Source: a virus. From it: a DNA stretch of 64,000 nt. This document shows positions 10,388 through 21,256 of this stretch, piece by piece. Position 1 is the stretch's first letter. Every line of letters begins with the position of its first letter. Where the stretch lies: the IMG/VR virus record IMGVR_UViG_3300025140_000080, positions 7,378 through 71,377 of that record. One strand, 5' to 3'. The notes under the pieces are model-generated. The model did no database searches. It was not told the DNA's origin and saw only the letters and a list, made by a program, of their open reading frames with translations. The translations under genes were made by a program, and so were the position numbers.

Positions 10388-11058
10388 TGGAATTGATTAA
10401 GAAGAAAATATTGTGGAAAGTAAAACAGGAGTTTAATAACGACGGTACTTTTAAATTTGTTGATGATTTAGATGCTGTTTATAGCTTTAATATATGCTTA
10501 ACAACAGATTTGGTTTATAATGAGCCGCCCTTATCAGCCACAACATCATTTTCTGGTACAACATGCTTTATATCGGGAGCTACTGTTCAGTCAAGACTTT
10601 CAGAATTAACTAAATATGCTCCAGCAACAGCGGCTACATTAAGTGACTATTACATTATCAGACCGATAACAGGTGGTACTGGCGTGGTATCAGATGACGG
10701 CACTCATATCGTTTATTATATTGATAATATCCAATATATCGATAACAAACTTAATAATGTTACGGTGGCTAATTTTCAGGGTATGGGATATACATCGCCT
10801 GATTTCGCTGAGTCTCTTAGTAATGCTATGAATCAGCGATTAACGATGGGAATAATGGTTGTTAACGATGAGATTATTTATACCGATGATTTAATTGTTG
10901 GTTTGGCTACAGAACCCAATATTATTAGTGATGTGTTTATTGATCGTCAAAATATTAGCGTTTTCGACTCTGTCTATAGACTTGAGCATATTGATAGCAT
11001 ATTACAGCTTGAGACATATGTGGGTGGTGGATTTTTTAATATCATTAATAATATATAA
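10387..11058 (+). CDS. putative virion structural protein
   Basis: Coupled to wedge gene; beta-rich. Confidence 0.5.
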   Translation: MELIKKKILWKVKQEFNNDGTFKFVDDLDAVYSFNICLTTDLVYNEPPLSATTSFSGTTCFISGATVQSRLSELTKYAPATAATLSDYYIIRPITGGTGVVSDDGTHIVYYIDNIQYIDNKLNNVTVANFQGMGYTSPDFAESLSNAMNQRLTMGIMVVNDEIIYTDDLIVGLATEPNIISDVFIDRQNISVFDSVYRLEHIDSILQLETYVGGGFFNIINNI

Positions 11059-11090
11059 TAATTGTCGTATTTATTAACAAATAATAGTTT

Positions 11091-11993
11091 ATGAGTATAG
11101 GTGTAACTGGCGCAATAAGATCATCCGATGTTAGTATTGATGATATTAGCGTTTATTATAATTTCGTATCAAATAGAGAAACAAGCAATACTTTAATGGT
11201 ATCCGTTCCCTCAGCATCTGTTTTAGAGTACTGTACGATCTCAACCACTGATAGCGAATATGTATCTGGTATGGAAAATCTTATAGAGGGAATGTATAAT
11301 CTAAAATTACCAGCATCTATTTTTAATCAAAAGGGGATATATACAATATATTTAAAGCCTAAATCTTACATTATACCTATATTGGATTGCGGTGTATTAT
11401 CAGCAATGCCAACAACTAAAGGTATTATAATTGATTCAACATTATTAACATCATCGGCTTTAAAATCGAATAATGCTTTACAGGGTTATAGAATTGAGTA
11501 TATCAATCAAGACCTCACAAAACTTAGAAACGTCACAAGAACTGTTGTAACCTCAAATAAGGTTGTGCCTGTTCAGGAGAATGTAGGCTCAACATCACAA
11601 AAAGCTATCAGATATCGATTAGACGACTCTGGTACACTTATATTTCTTCAGTTGACGCCAAGTAGTCCTTCAGAGATCAAGCCTAATGTATTACCATTTA
11701 TAGGCATACCATCGCAATATATAATCCTATCTAATACAAATTTTACGCCAGTGTCAATTGAGGTTGAATTTGTTGAAAATACAGTCCAGACCTTATCGGA
11801 TGTGTTACTTGGAAATCAACTAAAGGATGTTGATAATGGTATATTAACGTTATACGATGGTGAGGGTATTATTAGGACTCAGTATGACTTATTAACCTAT
11901 GAGGATGATATTACAAAATCTGTATCGTTAGAAGCAAAAAGAAAACGAGTTGATAACATTGATGCCACCCAGATAATACCTGAAGGTATATAA
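11091..11993 (+). CDS. putative virion structural protein
   Basis: 300-aa beta-rich ORF in baseplate cluster, late-type motif upstream. Confidence 0.5.
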   Translation: MSIGVTGAIRSSDVSIDDISVYYNFVSNRETSNTLMVSVPSASVLEYCTISTTDSEYVSGMENLIEGMYNLKLPASIFNQKGIYTIYLKPKSYIIPILDCGVLSAMPTTKGIIIDSTLLTSSALKSNNALQGYRIEYINQDLTKLRNVTRTVVTSNKVVPVQENVGSTSQKAIRYRLDDSGTLIFLQLTPSSPSEIKPNVLPFIGIPSQYIILSNTNFTPVSIEVEFVENTVQTLSDVLLGNQLKDVDNGILTLYDGEGIIRTQYDLLTYEDDITKSVSLEAKRKRVDNIDATQIIPEGI

Positions 11994-12046
11994 TTTTCAC
12001 GCCATTAAGTTTTGCTTTTTTATGTATTTATTAAAAAAGCAAAACT

Positions 12047-15000
12047 GTGGCTATAAAAAGAGTTTTAACATATAATCAGGATCAGAATGTCAATGGTGGA
12101 AACTTTAATAACATTACATCTGAAACCATTTTTTCATTCGGTAAGTTTAGAGTTACTTCAAATTTCGATAACAAAAGAACTGTCAATCATAGTAATAAGC
12201 TGAGCGGATTCGTAAAGCCTATCACATTGGAGACCCTCGGCGTTACCAAAACACAATCCGATTTAATTTTCTCTAACACCAATGAGATAAAATTAAATTT
12301 AGAAAAATCTGACATAAATAAATATATTAGATTTGGCTCTGCTTATGAGTATTTTAGATTTGCTGTGCAAAACATAATCAGTAATTTCCCAGGTAGCTTG
12401 TTCTCTAATTCACAGAAGGATAGGAGTCAAATCGTAACATATTATGATTATTTATTCGACCCAATAAGCAATACCTCAACCTTCAAAGTGCCTGTATCTG
12501 TTATAGATAGTAAATTTAATTTAACATATAACAGTGACTTTAGCACACACTATACAGGTACTGAATTAAGTAATGTTTGCATATCATTTGAGAAATACGC
12601 AATATGGTCTACATTCAATTCCGAAAATTCATATAAGATAACAAGTTTTACAGGATACGATTCTGTAAACGATTTTATAATTATCACAGCAGAAGGCAAT
12701 CCTTTTGAGTTTACAAATAATTCAGCTTATGGTAAGTTTGACTTCCATATAAAGCCAAATGTTAATGTATTCGATGAATATAGACTTGGCTTGAAGGATT
12801 ATGAGAGATATATGTTATCAGAGAGGGTTGATAAAGGTTTTTCATTCACTGTAAATAATCCATCAATAAATGATGATGGCGAGATTGAATATATTAACAG
12901 TAACTTGATATGGCCTACCATTGATGGCTATAATATAGACATAAATAATATGCCTTATAAGCAATTTTTAGAGGCATTATTAAATATTGGCGGTAAATTT
13001 GATGCTATAAAAACTGACTTAATTGCCAGATTTTTGACAACATCATCACTAAAAGCTTATGATTTAACTGATAATAATAAAATCACTAAATTATTAAGGA
13101 CTTATGGCTATGAGTTTGATCAACTCAGAATATTTGTGGATTCGTTACAGTATGTTAATCGTGTGTCATATGATAAGAAGGACAATGTTCCTGATGCATT
13201 CGTTTCAAATTTAGCTCAAACATTTGGCTGGGATTATTTCCCAATTACCAATGAGGTTGATTTAATGAATAGCTTATTATCTGTTGATGATAAGGAAAGA
13301 AATTTAAATTCCGATTTATTGCCTCTTGAAATAGATATCGAGGTTTGGAGACGAATTTTAATTAACACCAACTATTATTGGAAATCAAAAGGCACAAGGG
13401 ATGCTATCAAGTCTATATTTTTACTTATAGGTATTCCTGAGCCATTTATTAATATAACTGAATATGTTTATACTGTTGATGGTAAAATTAACCCCGCAGA
13501 AAATTCACCATTAAGAATAAAACAGAATTATCCTACGAATTCATTACCATTTGATGTTAACGGATATCCTGTTGCGCCTTTGGAAACTAATGACTTCTAT
13601 TTTCAGGTGTCTGGTAATACGGATAGTGGACAGGATTATATGAATGTTTTTAGAAAAGCTGGCTTTGATCTTTATCAGACAATTGATAATAAAAAATCAT
13701 GGGTACAGTCTGGCGAGACAATTCGTTCACATCAGTCAACTCCTCAATATTATCAGGAAGATAGTAGACTTGTTTTAAATACCAAAGAAGTCGATGTCGG
13801 ATTAGACGTTGCCAGAGGTATTGAGTATGATATGTTTTCATATGCTAAAACAAATGCTATTCCAGATTCTAATTTTTTTATAAATTTATCATTAGATCAT
13901 AGTAATAGCGACACTGTATTTACGTTGCCTTATATGCCAGAGGGTGATGTTGAGGTTAGATTTAACGGTATTCTATTAAGTACCAATAGAAGTGGAAATA
14001 CTGGCACTACATCATATGACATTGACTATTCATTATCTGGAAATGTCGTTACTTTAAACAATCCTGTATCTGGAAGTGATGATGTTGTTGAGATAACATA
14101 CATCTATAAAAATAGTTTGGTAGCCAATGATACACTTGTTAGATATATTTCAACAAGAGTATCTGCAAATGCTGTGGGAACAATTCTACAACTACCATCA
14201 GAACCTAATGGAAAGGTTCAGCTAACAATTAACGGTATTGAATTGATAAATGCTGGAACTGGAACAGGAATTGATGGTGATTATAAGATTAATCCGAGTG
14301 ACCCTACGCAGATACTGATACTGAATTCATTCTTTACTGATTACCTTATTATAGACCCTATTGTTCAGGTTACATTTGTGATAGTTTCAAATAATACAGT
14401 CAATATGGATAATGAAATACTTTACTATAACTCAAGTGATAATAGTAAAGTATTCTTCGATACCACCATTGGTAAGTATGTTTTAATGATTAATTACAGG
14501 GTAAATAAGCCAAGTGATATAAAAATATTGATGAACGGTATTGGTCTTGCCGTTAATAGTGATTATTATATGGATATATCTAATCCTTATAAGATTGTGT
14601 TAACACAACCAATCGCACATTATACCGTTTTTAGTGTTTATTATTTAAATACCTATAAGGTATACGGTATTGATAATATAACACAATTATCATTCATGGA
14701 TTTTATTGATCAGACTCAGAAAAATTTAATTAATGCTAAGAATCGTAAAACAATTACAGACGGCAAAGGCGGATGGTATCCATCTTTGCTGAAAGTTTAT
14801 TTGGATTATTTAAAAAATGGACTATCGCAGGTTGATGATCTGAATCACTCCAATGGCTATACTTTTTCAAATCTATATGCATTCCTTAACAAATATAATG
14901 CTTTCTTTCATAAATTCGTTGACAAATTATTATCACCGACAATTATATTAAGAAAAAGTGGCATGATTGTTCGAAACAGTATGTTTACGAAACAGAAATT

Positions 15001-16045
15001 CGCTTATCGTAGAGGTGCTTATATGGGCATGATCGCATTATCTGGCGATACTGAAAATGCTACGGTTTTTAATACTGATTACAATTTCAAATATCTTGGC
15101 GATGATGGCAGTATTATAAAAAAATTACAGCCTATGCCGTTATACGAATGGCTTGACGATGTTGTAACCACCACAACCACCACAACCACCACAACAGTAT
15201 CGCCATGTGTGAGTAATCCTATGACTATATCGTTCACATCAACAAACCCAACCACTGTTGGTGCTTCTGACGGAACGGCAACCGTAGCAGTTGTTGGAGG
15301 ATCATCTCCATATGATTATGTTTGGAGTGTTGGTCAGTATACTTTAAATAGTTCATCGGCAACTAACACATCTACAGGCTTATCAGGTGGATCAGAAATT
15401 ATGATTATGGTTACTGATAGTATGGGATGCTCAGTAACAGGTTCAACAATAGTTGGCGCATTTGTATTTGATGCTGATTATATGGTATTAACCTATCAAT
15501 TTACCGATGGTAGTGATTTAGATACAAGGACTCGAATTGTTAGTCCTAATATTGGACAATCAACTCAGCAAGATTATCTTGGATGGGGCGTTCCATCTGG
15601 GTCATCTGGGTCAGGAAGGACTATTTATCCCTCAACAGGAATTCCAATTCTAACATGGGGTGGCGATAATATGGGTATTGGTTTTGAGGCTGTAAAAATC
15701 GATTTAATAAATTTTAAAACATTGTATCCGTTAGAAGATACAATTGTAGTCGATGCGAGAGCATTTTGGTATGGCGTGAGTGGCACTACAGCCGTAAATG
15801 TCGCAGCATCCTTATATAAAGGCGGTACAATGATTAGACAGGCTGATACGGGTACTGGATATAATTTTATAAATACTGGATATACAAGTACGTATAATAT
15901 CGATTCAACCTCAACAGTTGTGCTTTCTACAGGTTATCCTGTTAAAGCACTTAGTAGTGGTGATCGTGTTGCAACATTAACATACACGATTTCAACAGGT
16001 TTAGGATACATAAACGGCAATGACACATTAACACCATCAGTATAA
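12047..16045 (+). CDS. large baseplate/tail protein with repeated NG..L...DY modules, poly-Thr linker and SprB-like repeat
   Basis: WRRILINT..KSKGTRDAI; ~3 repeats of V..NG..L....DY; T10 linker then STNPT..GASDGTATV..GGSSPY.Y.W..TGLS..VTDS.GC. Confidence 0.6.
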   Translation: MAIKRVLTYNQDQNVNGGNFNNITSETIFSFGKFRVTSNFDNKRTVNHSNKLSGFVKPITLETLGVTKTQSDLIFSNTNEIKLNLEKSDINKYIRFGSAYEYFRFAVQNIISNFPGSLFSNSQKDRSQIVTYYDYLFDPISNTSTFKVPVSVIDSKFNLTYNSDFSTHYTGTELSNVCISFEKYAIWSTFNSENSYKITSFTGYDSVNDFIIITAEGNPFEFTNNSAYGKFDFHIKPNVNVFDEYRLGLKDYERYMLSERVDKGFSFTVNNPSINDDGEIEYINSNLIWPTIDGYNIDINNMPYKQFLEALLNIGGKFDAIKTDLIARFLTTSSLKAYDLTDNNKITKLLRTYGYEFDQLRIFVDSLQYVNRVSYDKKDNVPDAFVSNLAQTFGWDYFPITNEVDLMNSLLSVDDKERNLNSDLLPLEIDIEVWRRILINTNYYWKSKGTRDAIKSIFLLIGIPEPFINITEYVYTVDGKINPAENSPLRIKQNYPTNSLPFDVNGYPVAPLETNDFYFQVSGNTDSGQDYMNVFRKAGFDLYQTIDNKKSWVQSGETIRSHQSTPQYYQEDSRLVLNTKEVDVGLDVARGIEYDMFSYAKTNAIPDSNFFINLSLDHSNSDTVFTLPYMPEGDVEVRFNGILLSTNRSGNTGTTSYDIDYSLSGNVVTLNNPVSGSDDVVEITYIYKNSLVANDTLVRYISTRVSANAVGTILQLPSEPNGKVQLTINGIELINAGTGTGIDGDYKINPSDPTQILILNSFFTDYLIIDPIVQVTFVIVSNNTVNMDNEILYYNSSDNSKVFFDTTIGKYVLMINYRVNKPSDIKILMNGIGLAVNSDYYMDISNPYKIVLTQPIAHYTVFSVYYLNTYKVYGIDNITQLSFMDFIDQTQKNLINAKNRKTITDGKGGWYPSLLKVYLDYLKNGLSQVDDLNHSNGYTFSNLYAFLNKYNAFFHKFVDKLLSPTIILRKSGMIVRNSMFTKQKFAYRRGAYMGMIALSGDTENATVFNTDYNFKYLGDDGSIIKKLQPMPLYEWLDDVVTTTTTTTTTTVSPCVSNPMTISFTSTNPTTVGASDGTATVAVVGGSSPYDYVWSVGQYTLNSSSATNTSTGLSGGSEIMIMVTDSMGCSVTGSTIVGAFVFDADYMVLTYQFTDGSDLDTRTRIVSPNIGQSTQQDYLGWGVPSGSSGSGRTIYPSTGIPILTWGGDNMGIGFEAVKIDLINFKTLYPLEDTIVVDARAFWYGVSGTTAVNVAASLYKGGTMIRQADTGTGYNFINTGYTSTYNIDSTSTVVLSTGYPVKALSSGDRVATLTYTISTGLGYINGNDTLTPSV
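15167..15196 (+). repeat. in-frame (ACCACCACA)x3 poly-Thr linker
   Basis: Direct inspection. Confidence 0.9.
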
Positions 16046-16055
16046 AAATTAATTT

Positions 16056-16976
16056 ATGAAGATATTAATAGCATTACCAGATAATAATTACTATGTATGG
16101 CAGATTTTGGTTCAGATAAATAATTTTAGAAAATTAGGGATTGAGCAAGATGTTATATACGTTGTAGGAAAGCACAAGGGAGCTAAGTATAACAACAATA
16201 TGTTGAAAATAGCTGCTGATAGTTCAATCAAATGTAACTTTCATTTCTATGAAGATCAGCGTAAAAATACTAAATACGGTGTATCATTTAGGCATAATAT
16301 ATTAGCTCAATTCTTTGAAATGTTTCCATTTTTAAATAAAGAGACATTTTTCTTTACAGACCCTGATGTTATATTTACTGAGAAAATGGACTTAAGTAAG
16401 TATGATCATGATAATATATGGTATCTTAGTGATACACGTTCATACATTGATAGTAATTATATAAAAAGTAAAAGCGTTGAGTTATTTAAGGGTATGTGTG
16501 ATATTGTTGGCGTATCGCCATCTGTTATTGAGAGTAATGATAAAAATGCTGGCGGTGCACAATATATGATAAAAAATGTTGATGCTGAATTTTGGAGAAA
16601 ATGTGAAAGAGATTCCGAGACATTGTACGAATATATGGTGTCAACGTCTAAAATATATTCACCAAATTATCCTATACAGGCTTGGACTGCTGATATGTGG
16701 GCTGTTTTATGGAATGCAATATATTTTAATCACGAGGTTAAAATTGATAAAGGTCTTGATTTTGCATGGGCTACTGACGGTATTCATAGATGGTATGAAT
16801 GCCAGATATTTCATAATGCTGGCGTTACCGAGAATAATGGTGTGCTATTTATGAAAACAGCTCACCAATTATCTCCTTTTAATAAGAGTATTAGCTGTAG
16901 CGAGAAACACTGTTCATACAATTACGTGAAAGAGATTAAAGAAACTGAGATAAACTTTAAAAATTTAATATTTTAA
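16056..16976 (+). CDS. putative GT-A glycosyltransferase (peptidyl-Ser/Hyp O-glycosyltransferase-like)
   Basis: FFTDPDVIF (DxD), GGAQY, WTADMWAVLW, IFHNAG. Confidence 0.5.
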   Translation: MKILIALPDNNYYVWQILVQINNFRKLGIEQDVIYVVGKHKGAKYNNNMLKIAADSSIKCNFHFYEDQRKNTKYGVSFRHNILAQFFEMFPFLNKETFFFTDPDVIFTEKMDLSKYDHDNIWYLSDTRSYIDSNYIKSKSVELFKGMCDIVGVSPSVIESNDKNAGGAQYMIKNVDAEFWRKCERDSETLYEYMVSTSKIYSPNYPIQAWTADMWAVLWNAIYFNHEVKIDKGLDFAWATDGIHRWYECQIFHNAGVTENNGVLFMKTAHQLSPFNKSISCSEKHCSYNYVKEIKETEINFKNLIF

Positions 16977-16981
16977 ACTAT

Positions 16982-17236
16982 ATGGGTAATCGAAAATATT
17001 TATTAACGTTAACAGATTTGAGAAGTCATTGTATTGGCGGAAAGTATACTTCCAGCTCGTATGATTTAATGGGTGCTTTTGTATTTGATAATGTAACGTT
17101 TATAGCATTAACAATGGATAGTGCGGCTGCTCTTTCAGATGCAGACTATGAATTTCGTGTACTTAATTTTTTAAATTACGTTGGAGTTGAATCAAAAAAG
17201 GATATTGATAGTCTTTTGGCAGATTCAATCACATAA
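16982..17236 (+). CDS. hypothetical protein
   Basis: 84-aa colinear ORF. Confidence 0.55.
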   Translation: MGNRKYLLTLTDLRSHCIGGKYTSSSYDLMGAFVFDNVTFIALTMDSAAALSDADYEFRVLNFLNYVGVESKKDIDSLLADSIT

Positions 17237-17274
17237 CTATTAAAGTTTATAGTATTTATTAAAAAATAGAATAT

Positions 17275-19698
17275 ATGGCATTTATTGAAAAAAATGATCC
17301 CACAGTATTAAGTATAAAATTAACAACAAAAGGGAGAGAATTACTATCAAAAGGTAAGTTAACTTTTGATTATTTTGCTGTTGGCGATAGTGAGATTGAT
17401 TATAATCTAATTAAAGCTTCGACGGTATTTGACCCGACATATTCGCCTTCTATTTTAAGACCAGCCGATAAGAATCCTGATTTAATATCATTTATCACAA
17501 ATACAAGTGGAAGCACTGAATTCAATGCTATAACAAGTGTACCGTCATATCCGATGATCGTTGAGAATACTATTGATTCAGTGGGATTTTTTAATATTGA
17601 TAGCGGTGGGACAGTAACCATTAAAACGAGCACTGAATATGTTAAACAGCCTAATGCTAAAGTATTATTAAGCGAATTAATAGGTAGTAATACATTAAAG
17701 CTATATAAATCTGTAAACTATGTAGTGGGTTCTCCTGAACCATCCATTGGTGATATGGTTATGATAAAAATGAATAACCATAATGGTGACACTTTAAATA
17801 ATACTGTCGAAATAACAAATCCTAAGCCGTATCTATTCTATAAAATTGAAGATGTAATAAGTGGTACATTGAGTGGTGATGATTTGGAGGTTACTGTCGA
17901 TAGATCGTTACCGAGTTATATTAATGATGGCGTTGGCAGCTATGCAGGTGTAATAGTATTCTATAATTCATATAGCGGCTCAACGATTTACGACTCTGTT
18001 GATTACCTATCAGATGCTGTTTTGTCTTTTTATAGTAATGCTCAGTGCGATATGCCTGCATTTCCTTATTGGAAAATGTCTATCTTATACACTGAAAATA
18101 TTGCTGGTGCTATAACTGGAACTACTAAATATCCAGAATTTAAAACCTCTGAATATGCTGGTTTTGTCTCATATATTCAGAATCAGAGTGCTATTATAAG
18201 AAAAATGGGTGTTATTCATTATACAAATTCTTCGCCGTCAAATCAATATGGTGAGGGTTTTTACAGAAACACACCTGAATTATATATTCCAACAATAATG
18301 TGGCATAAAGCCAGTGGTACAACCCTTGGTGTTAATTTAAAAGCATTTGGAGCGTCAAAAAAACTTGATGGCTTAAATACAGCATATTATGACTTAGCCG
18401 ATGATAATAATAATATCGTTGGCAAAATATTGAATAATTTAAAACTATTCGTAATTGAAGATCAGGAATTATTATTTGCAATGTCTTACAAGGCAAATAG
18501 ATCATGGACTCTACCTGATTATCGTGTTGGACTTAACAGCGTTATAAGTAACTGTCCATCATGTCAAGCATCTTTCGAGGTTAGCGGCAATACACCAACT
18601 ATATACGGTGACGGTACGTTAAGTGTATATAATATACAGAATGTATCGGATTCAACCTTATTACTTGAAGTTTATGAGGGTTCTAATAGAATTTACTTCC
18701 AGCCTATTTTAGCTTCTGGTATTACTTTAACAAATTTGACAGGTGGTGTATATTCGTCATATTTATATGATCTTGGCGTACATGATTGTAAAGTAACTGG
18801 TAACACTGTTACAATAATTCAACCAGTTACCACAACGACAACATTGCCGCCAACCACAACAACCACAACGACAACATTGCCACCTGCAACCACAACATTG
18901 TCACCTGCAACCACAACTGTAGCACCTACAACCACGTTAGCACCTACAACGGTAGCACCAGTAAGTCGAATACATTTCTTTAATTCTGGCGGTGTTATCG
19001 AAGAGTTAAATTCGCTTGGTCAAACATTTACAGTGACGTTGGATTACGTGATTGATGCATCGTGTGATAATGTGGGCACAAGCGGTGCTGACGCTAATCA
19101 GGCGACCACAAGAATGTTATATAGCATCGATAATGGCGTTAATTGGATTGAACGAGACACTGTTACAGCAACTGTAAGCGGCGGTAATTTTCCTACTGAA
19201 CAGTCTGATGTGCAAACATCATCTGGAAGTATTGTTATCACAGGTATTACGAACATCAGCATGATTAAAGTTGATGCTCAGATTGATTGTGTTGGCGGTT
19301 TAAATGCAAAATCAGGCTCAGCAATTGTAACAATAGTCTCAGCCATAGTTGATTTTGGTGCAACATCTATTATATGTAGTGATATCTGGGGTAAAAATTG
19401 TATTGATGGTGCTTATGTTGATTGTACAACAACGCCGATAACTACAACAACATTAGCACCCACAACTACGGCTGCGCCTCGGCAATATTGGCATGCGTTA
19501 TCAAAATGTATTCCAAACGGTACTACCTATTACACAGGGCCTCGACCAACGAATGATCTAAGCGATGGTATGAGGGTTGAGGGAGCGACAGGCGTATTTT
19601 ACGTTGTAACAAGCGGATATCTCTTCGACCCAATGTTGGGTACAAACATAAGCGTTACAAGAGTTTCTGGCGATCCATTTAGTTGCCCACCAGCATAA
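17275..19698 (+). CDS. tail/baseplate structural protein with Thr/Pro-rich stalks and distal putative adhesin domains
   Basis: N-terminal KLTTKGRELL....F.YFAVGDSEIDY; two Thr/Pro-rich linkers; Cys-containing C-terminal domains. Confidence 0.6.
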   Translation: MAFIEKNDPTVLSIKLTTKGRELLSKGKLTFDYFAVGDSEIDYNLIKASTVFDPTYSPSILRPADKNPDLISFITNTSGSTEFNAITSVPSYPMIVENTIDSVGFFNIDSGGTVTIKTSTEYVKQPNAKVLLSELIGSNTLKLYKSVNYVVGSPEPSIGDMVMIKMNNHNGDTLNNTVEITNPKPYLFYKIEDVISGTLSGDDLEVTVDRSLPSYINDGVGSYAGVIVFYNSYSGSTIYDSVDYLSDAVLSFYSNAQCDMPAFPYWKMSILYTENIAGAITGTTKYPEFKTSEYAGFVSYIQNQSAIIRKMGVIHYTNSSPSNQYGEGFYRNTPELYIPTIMWHKASGTTLGVNLKAFGASKKLDGLNTAYYDLADDNNNIVGKILNNLKLFVIEDQELLFAMSYKANRSWTLPDYRVGLNSVISNCPSCQASFEVSGNTPTIYGDGTLSVYNIQNVSDSTLLLEVYEGSNRIYFQPILASGITLTNLTGGVYSSYLYDLGVHDCKVTGNTVTIIQPVTTTTTLPPTTTTTTTTLPPATTTLSPATTTVAPTTTLAPTTVAPVSRIHFFNSGGVIEELNSLGQTFTVTLDYVIDASCDNVGTSGADANQATTRMLYSIDNGVNWIERDTVTATVSGGNFPTEQSDVQTSSGSIVITGITNISMIKVDAQIDCVGGLNAKSGSAIVTIVSAIVDFGATSIICSDIWGKNCIDGAYVDCTTTPITTTTLAPTTTAAPRQYWHALSKCIPNGTTYYTGPRPTNDLSDGMRVEGATGVFYVVTSGYLFDPMLGTNISVTRVSGDPFSCPPA
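18827..18960 (+). repeat. mucin-like Thr/Pro low-complexity coding repeat
   Basis: TTTTTLPPTTTTTTTTLPPATTTLSPATTTVAPTTTLAPTTVAP. Confidence 0.85.
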
Positions 19699-19714
19699 AT
19701 AAAACAAATATAAA

Positions 19715-20437
19715 ATGACAGGACATACAGTATTTTTTTCTTATAGATTCTTAACAGACGTTAAATATGGTTACGGTGATGCGATTCACTGTAACTATAT
19801 AAATAAAATGCAGATTGACACTCCTTTTAATAAGGATGTTAGTTTGTATTTCGAGGATATTAATGACTTTAAATTTCTAACCGATAGTAGTGGCGTTATA
19901 GGCTATAGAGCTAAACAAATGGAGATTCTTATTCAGGTTGTTGATAATTCATCATTCAATAGCTTGAATGATGTTATCGCCGACTCAAAAGAGTGGAGAA
20001 TATATCCTGTTACAGATCAGATTAAATTTTATACCGCTGGGGACGATATTTTAGCTGTTAATTTAATTCAAACCATTTTTAAAATATCTTTAAATAGATA
20101 CACTGAGGCTGACTACTATGATTTAGGCTATATTGACTATTCAACACCTTTTATTAATGGTAGCACTTTGAATTTTGGCGACGAGGAAATTTTCTTTGGT
20201 AATGTTAAGACGCATATTGAAGCGATTGCACATTGCACTGAGATAGATATACATTTGCCTTTGAATGAATTTAATATAACAACTAATAAAACATGGGATG
20301 GATTATCTACGTTAATGATATCCGAAGTGGGCATATATAATTCTGACAAAGAGCTTGTAGCAATAGCTAAGTTAAATTATCCAGTTTCTAAAGATTCATC
20401 AATAGCAAGAACACTTGTATTTGGAATAGACTTTTAA
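19715..20437 (+). CDS. tail/baseplate protein (tail-collar-like C-terminus)
   Basis: ISEVGIYNSDKELVAIAKLNYPVSK motif typical of tail-fibre/collar proteins. Confidence 0.55.
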   Translation: MTGHTVFFSYRFLTDVKYGYGDAIHCNYINKMQIDTPFNKDVSLYFEDINDFKFLTDSSGVIGYRAKQMEILIQVVDNSSFNSLNDVIADSKEWRIYPVTDQIKFYTAGDDILAVNLIQTIFKISLNRYTEADYYDLGYIDYSTPFINGSTLNFGDEEIFFGNVKTHIEAIAHCTEIDIHLPLNEFNITTNKTWDGLSTLMISEVGIYNSDKELVAIAKLNYPVSKDSSIARTLVFGIDF

Positions 20438-20448
20438 TTAAATTACAT

Positions 20449-20997
20449 ATGAAAAAAATTTGGTACTTAATAATAGCGATAATCTTAATAATAATCGCTA
20501 TTATAATCTTCACAAGCAAGCCTAAAAAGAGAGCAGTTCTTCAATTCCCAACGGCAATCGTTATAAATAATTATACTGATGCTAAGTTAGCCGATACTAT
20601 TATCATGACCATCGTTAATAAGATATTGAAGTATGATACAGCTACTTTTAATGTATTTTACATGCCAAAGGTATTTAACGGTGACAATATTCAAATATAT
20701 GGCTTCATCACCAAAGTTGAGTATGTTAACCATACTTACAACATATACATATCATCAAAATATAAAGAATATAATATATACTCGTTACTATCACATGAGT
20801 TGGTTCATTTTGACCAGATGGAAAAAGGCTTTTTAATAGTGCCATCGCCATCAGTATCAGATAAGTATAACATATGGATGAACGATACTATACATTTATT
20901 CGAAGTTCCTTATGAAAACCGTGAATATGAAATGGATGCGTTTAAAAGAGCGAATAGCATTGAGAGTGAATTAAAAAACATACTATTTCATAAATAA
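20449..20997 (+). CDS. membrane-anchored zinc metalloprotease-like protein
   Basis: N-terminal hydrophobic helix; HELVH plus downstream E (PYENREYE). Confidence 0.6.
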   Translation: MKKIWYLIIAIILIIIAIIIFTSKPKKRAVLQFPTAIVINNYTDAKLADTIIMTIVNKILKYDTATFNVFYMPKVFNGDNIQIYGFITKVEYVNHTYNIYISSKYKEYNIYSLLSHELVHFDQMEKGFLIVPSPSVSDKYNIWMNDTIHLFEVPYENREYEMDAFKRANSIESELKNILFHK

Positions 20998-21053
20998 GTG
21001 TAAATTTTTATATTTTTTTATAAATTACAAGTATTTATTTTTAAATATATATA

Positions 21054-21254
21054 ATGAATACTATAAAAGATGATAAAAATAAACAAAAATCAATTATAAT
21101 TGATGGAAAACTTCATGGTAAATTGAAGCTTTATTGTATGGGTAGGGGTTTGAAAATCGGATCGGTAGTGAGTGATTTAATCGCTTTATACCTTTATAAT
21201 CCTAAGCAATGTAATGAATTAACTGAAGAACTTGATAAATCTAAAAAAATCTAA
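21054..21254 (+). CDS. small putative DNA-binding (RHH-like) protein
   Basis: KSIIID..LHGKLKLYC..G.KI..VV..LI pattern. Confidence 0.4.
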   Translation: MNTIKDDKNKQKSIIIDGKLHGKLKLYCMGRGLKIGSVVSDLIALYLYNPKQCNELTEELDKSKKI

Positions 21255-21256
21255 AA

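Noticed and set aside
15167-18960. Phase-variable simple-sequence repeats
   Set aside because: Repeat units are multiples of 3 nt and encode Thr/Pro linkers, so slippage would not switch frame.
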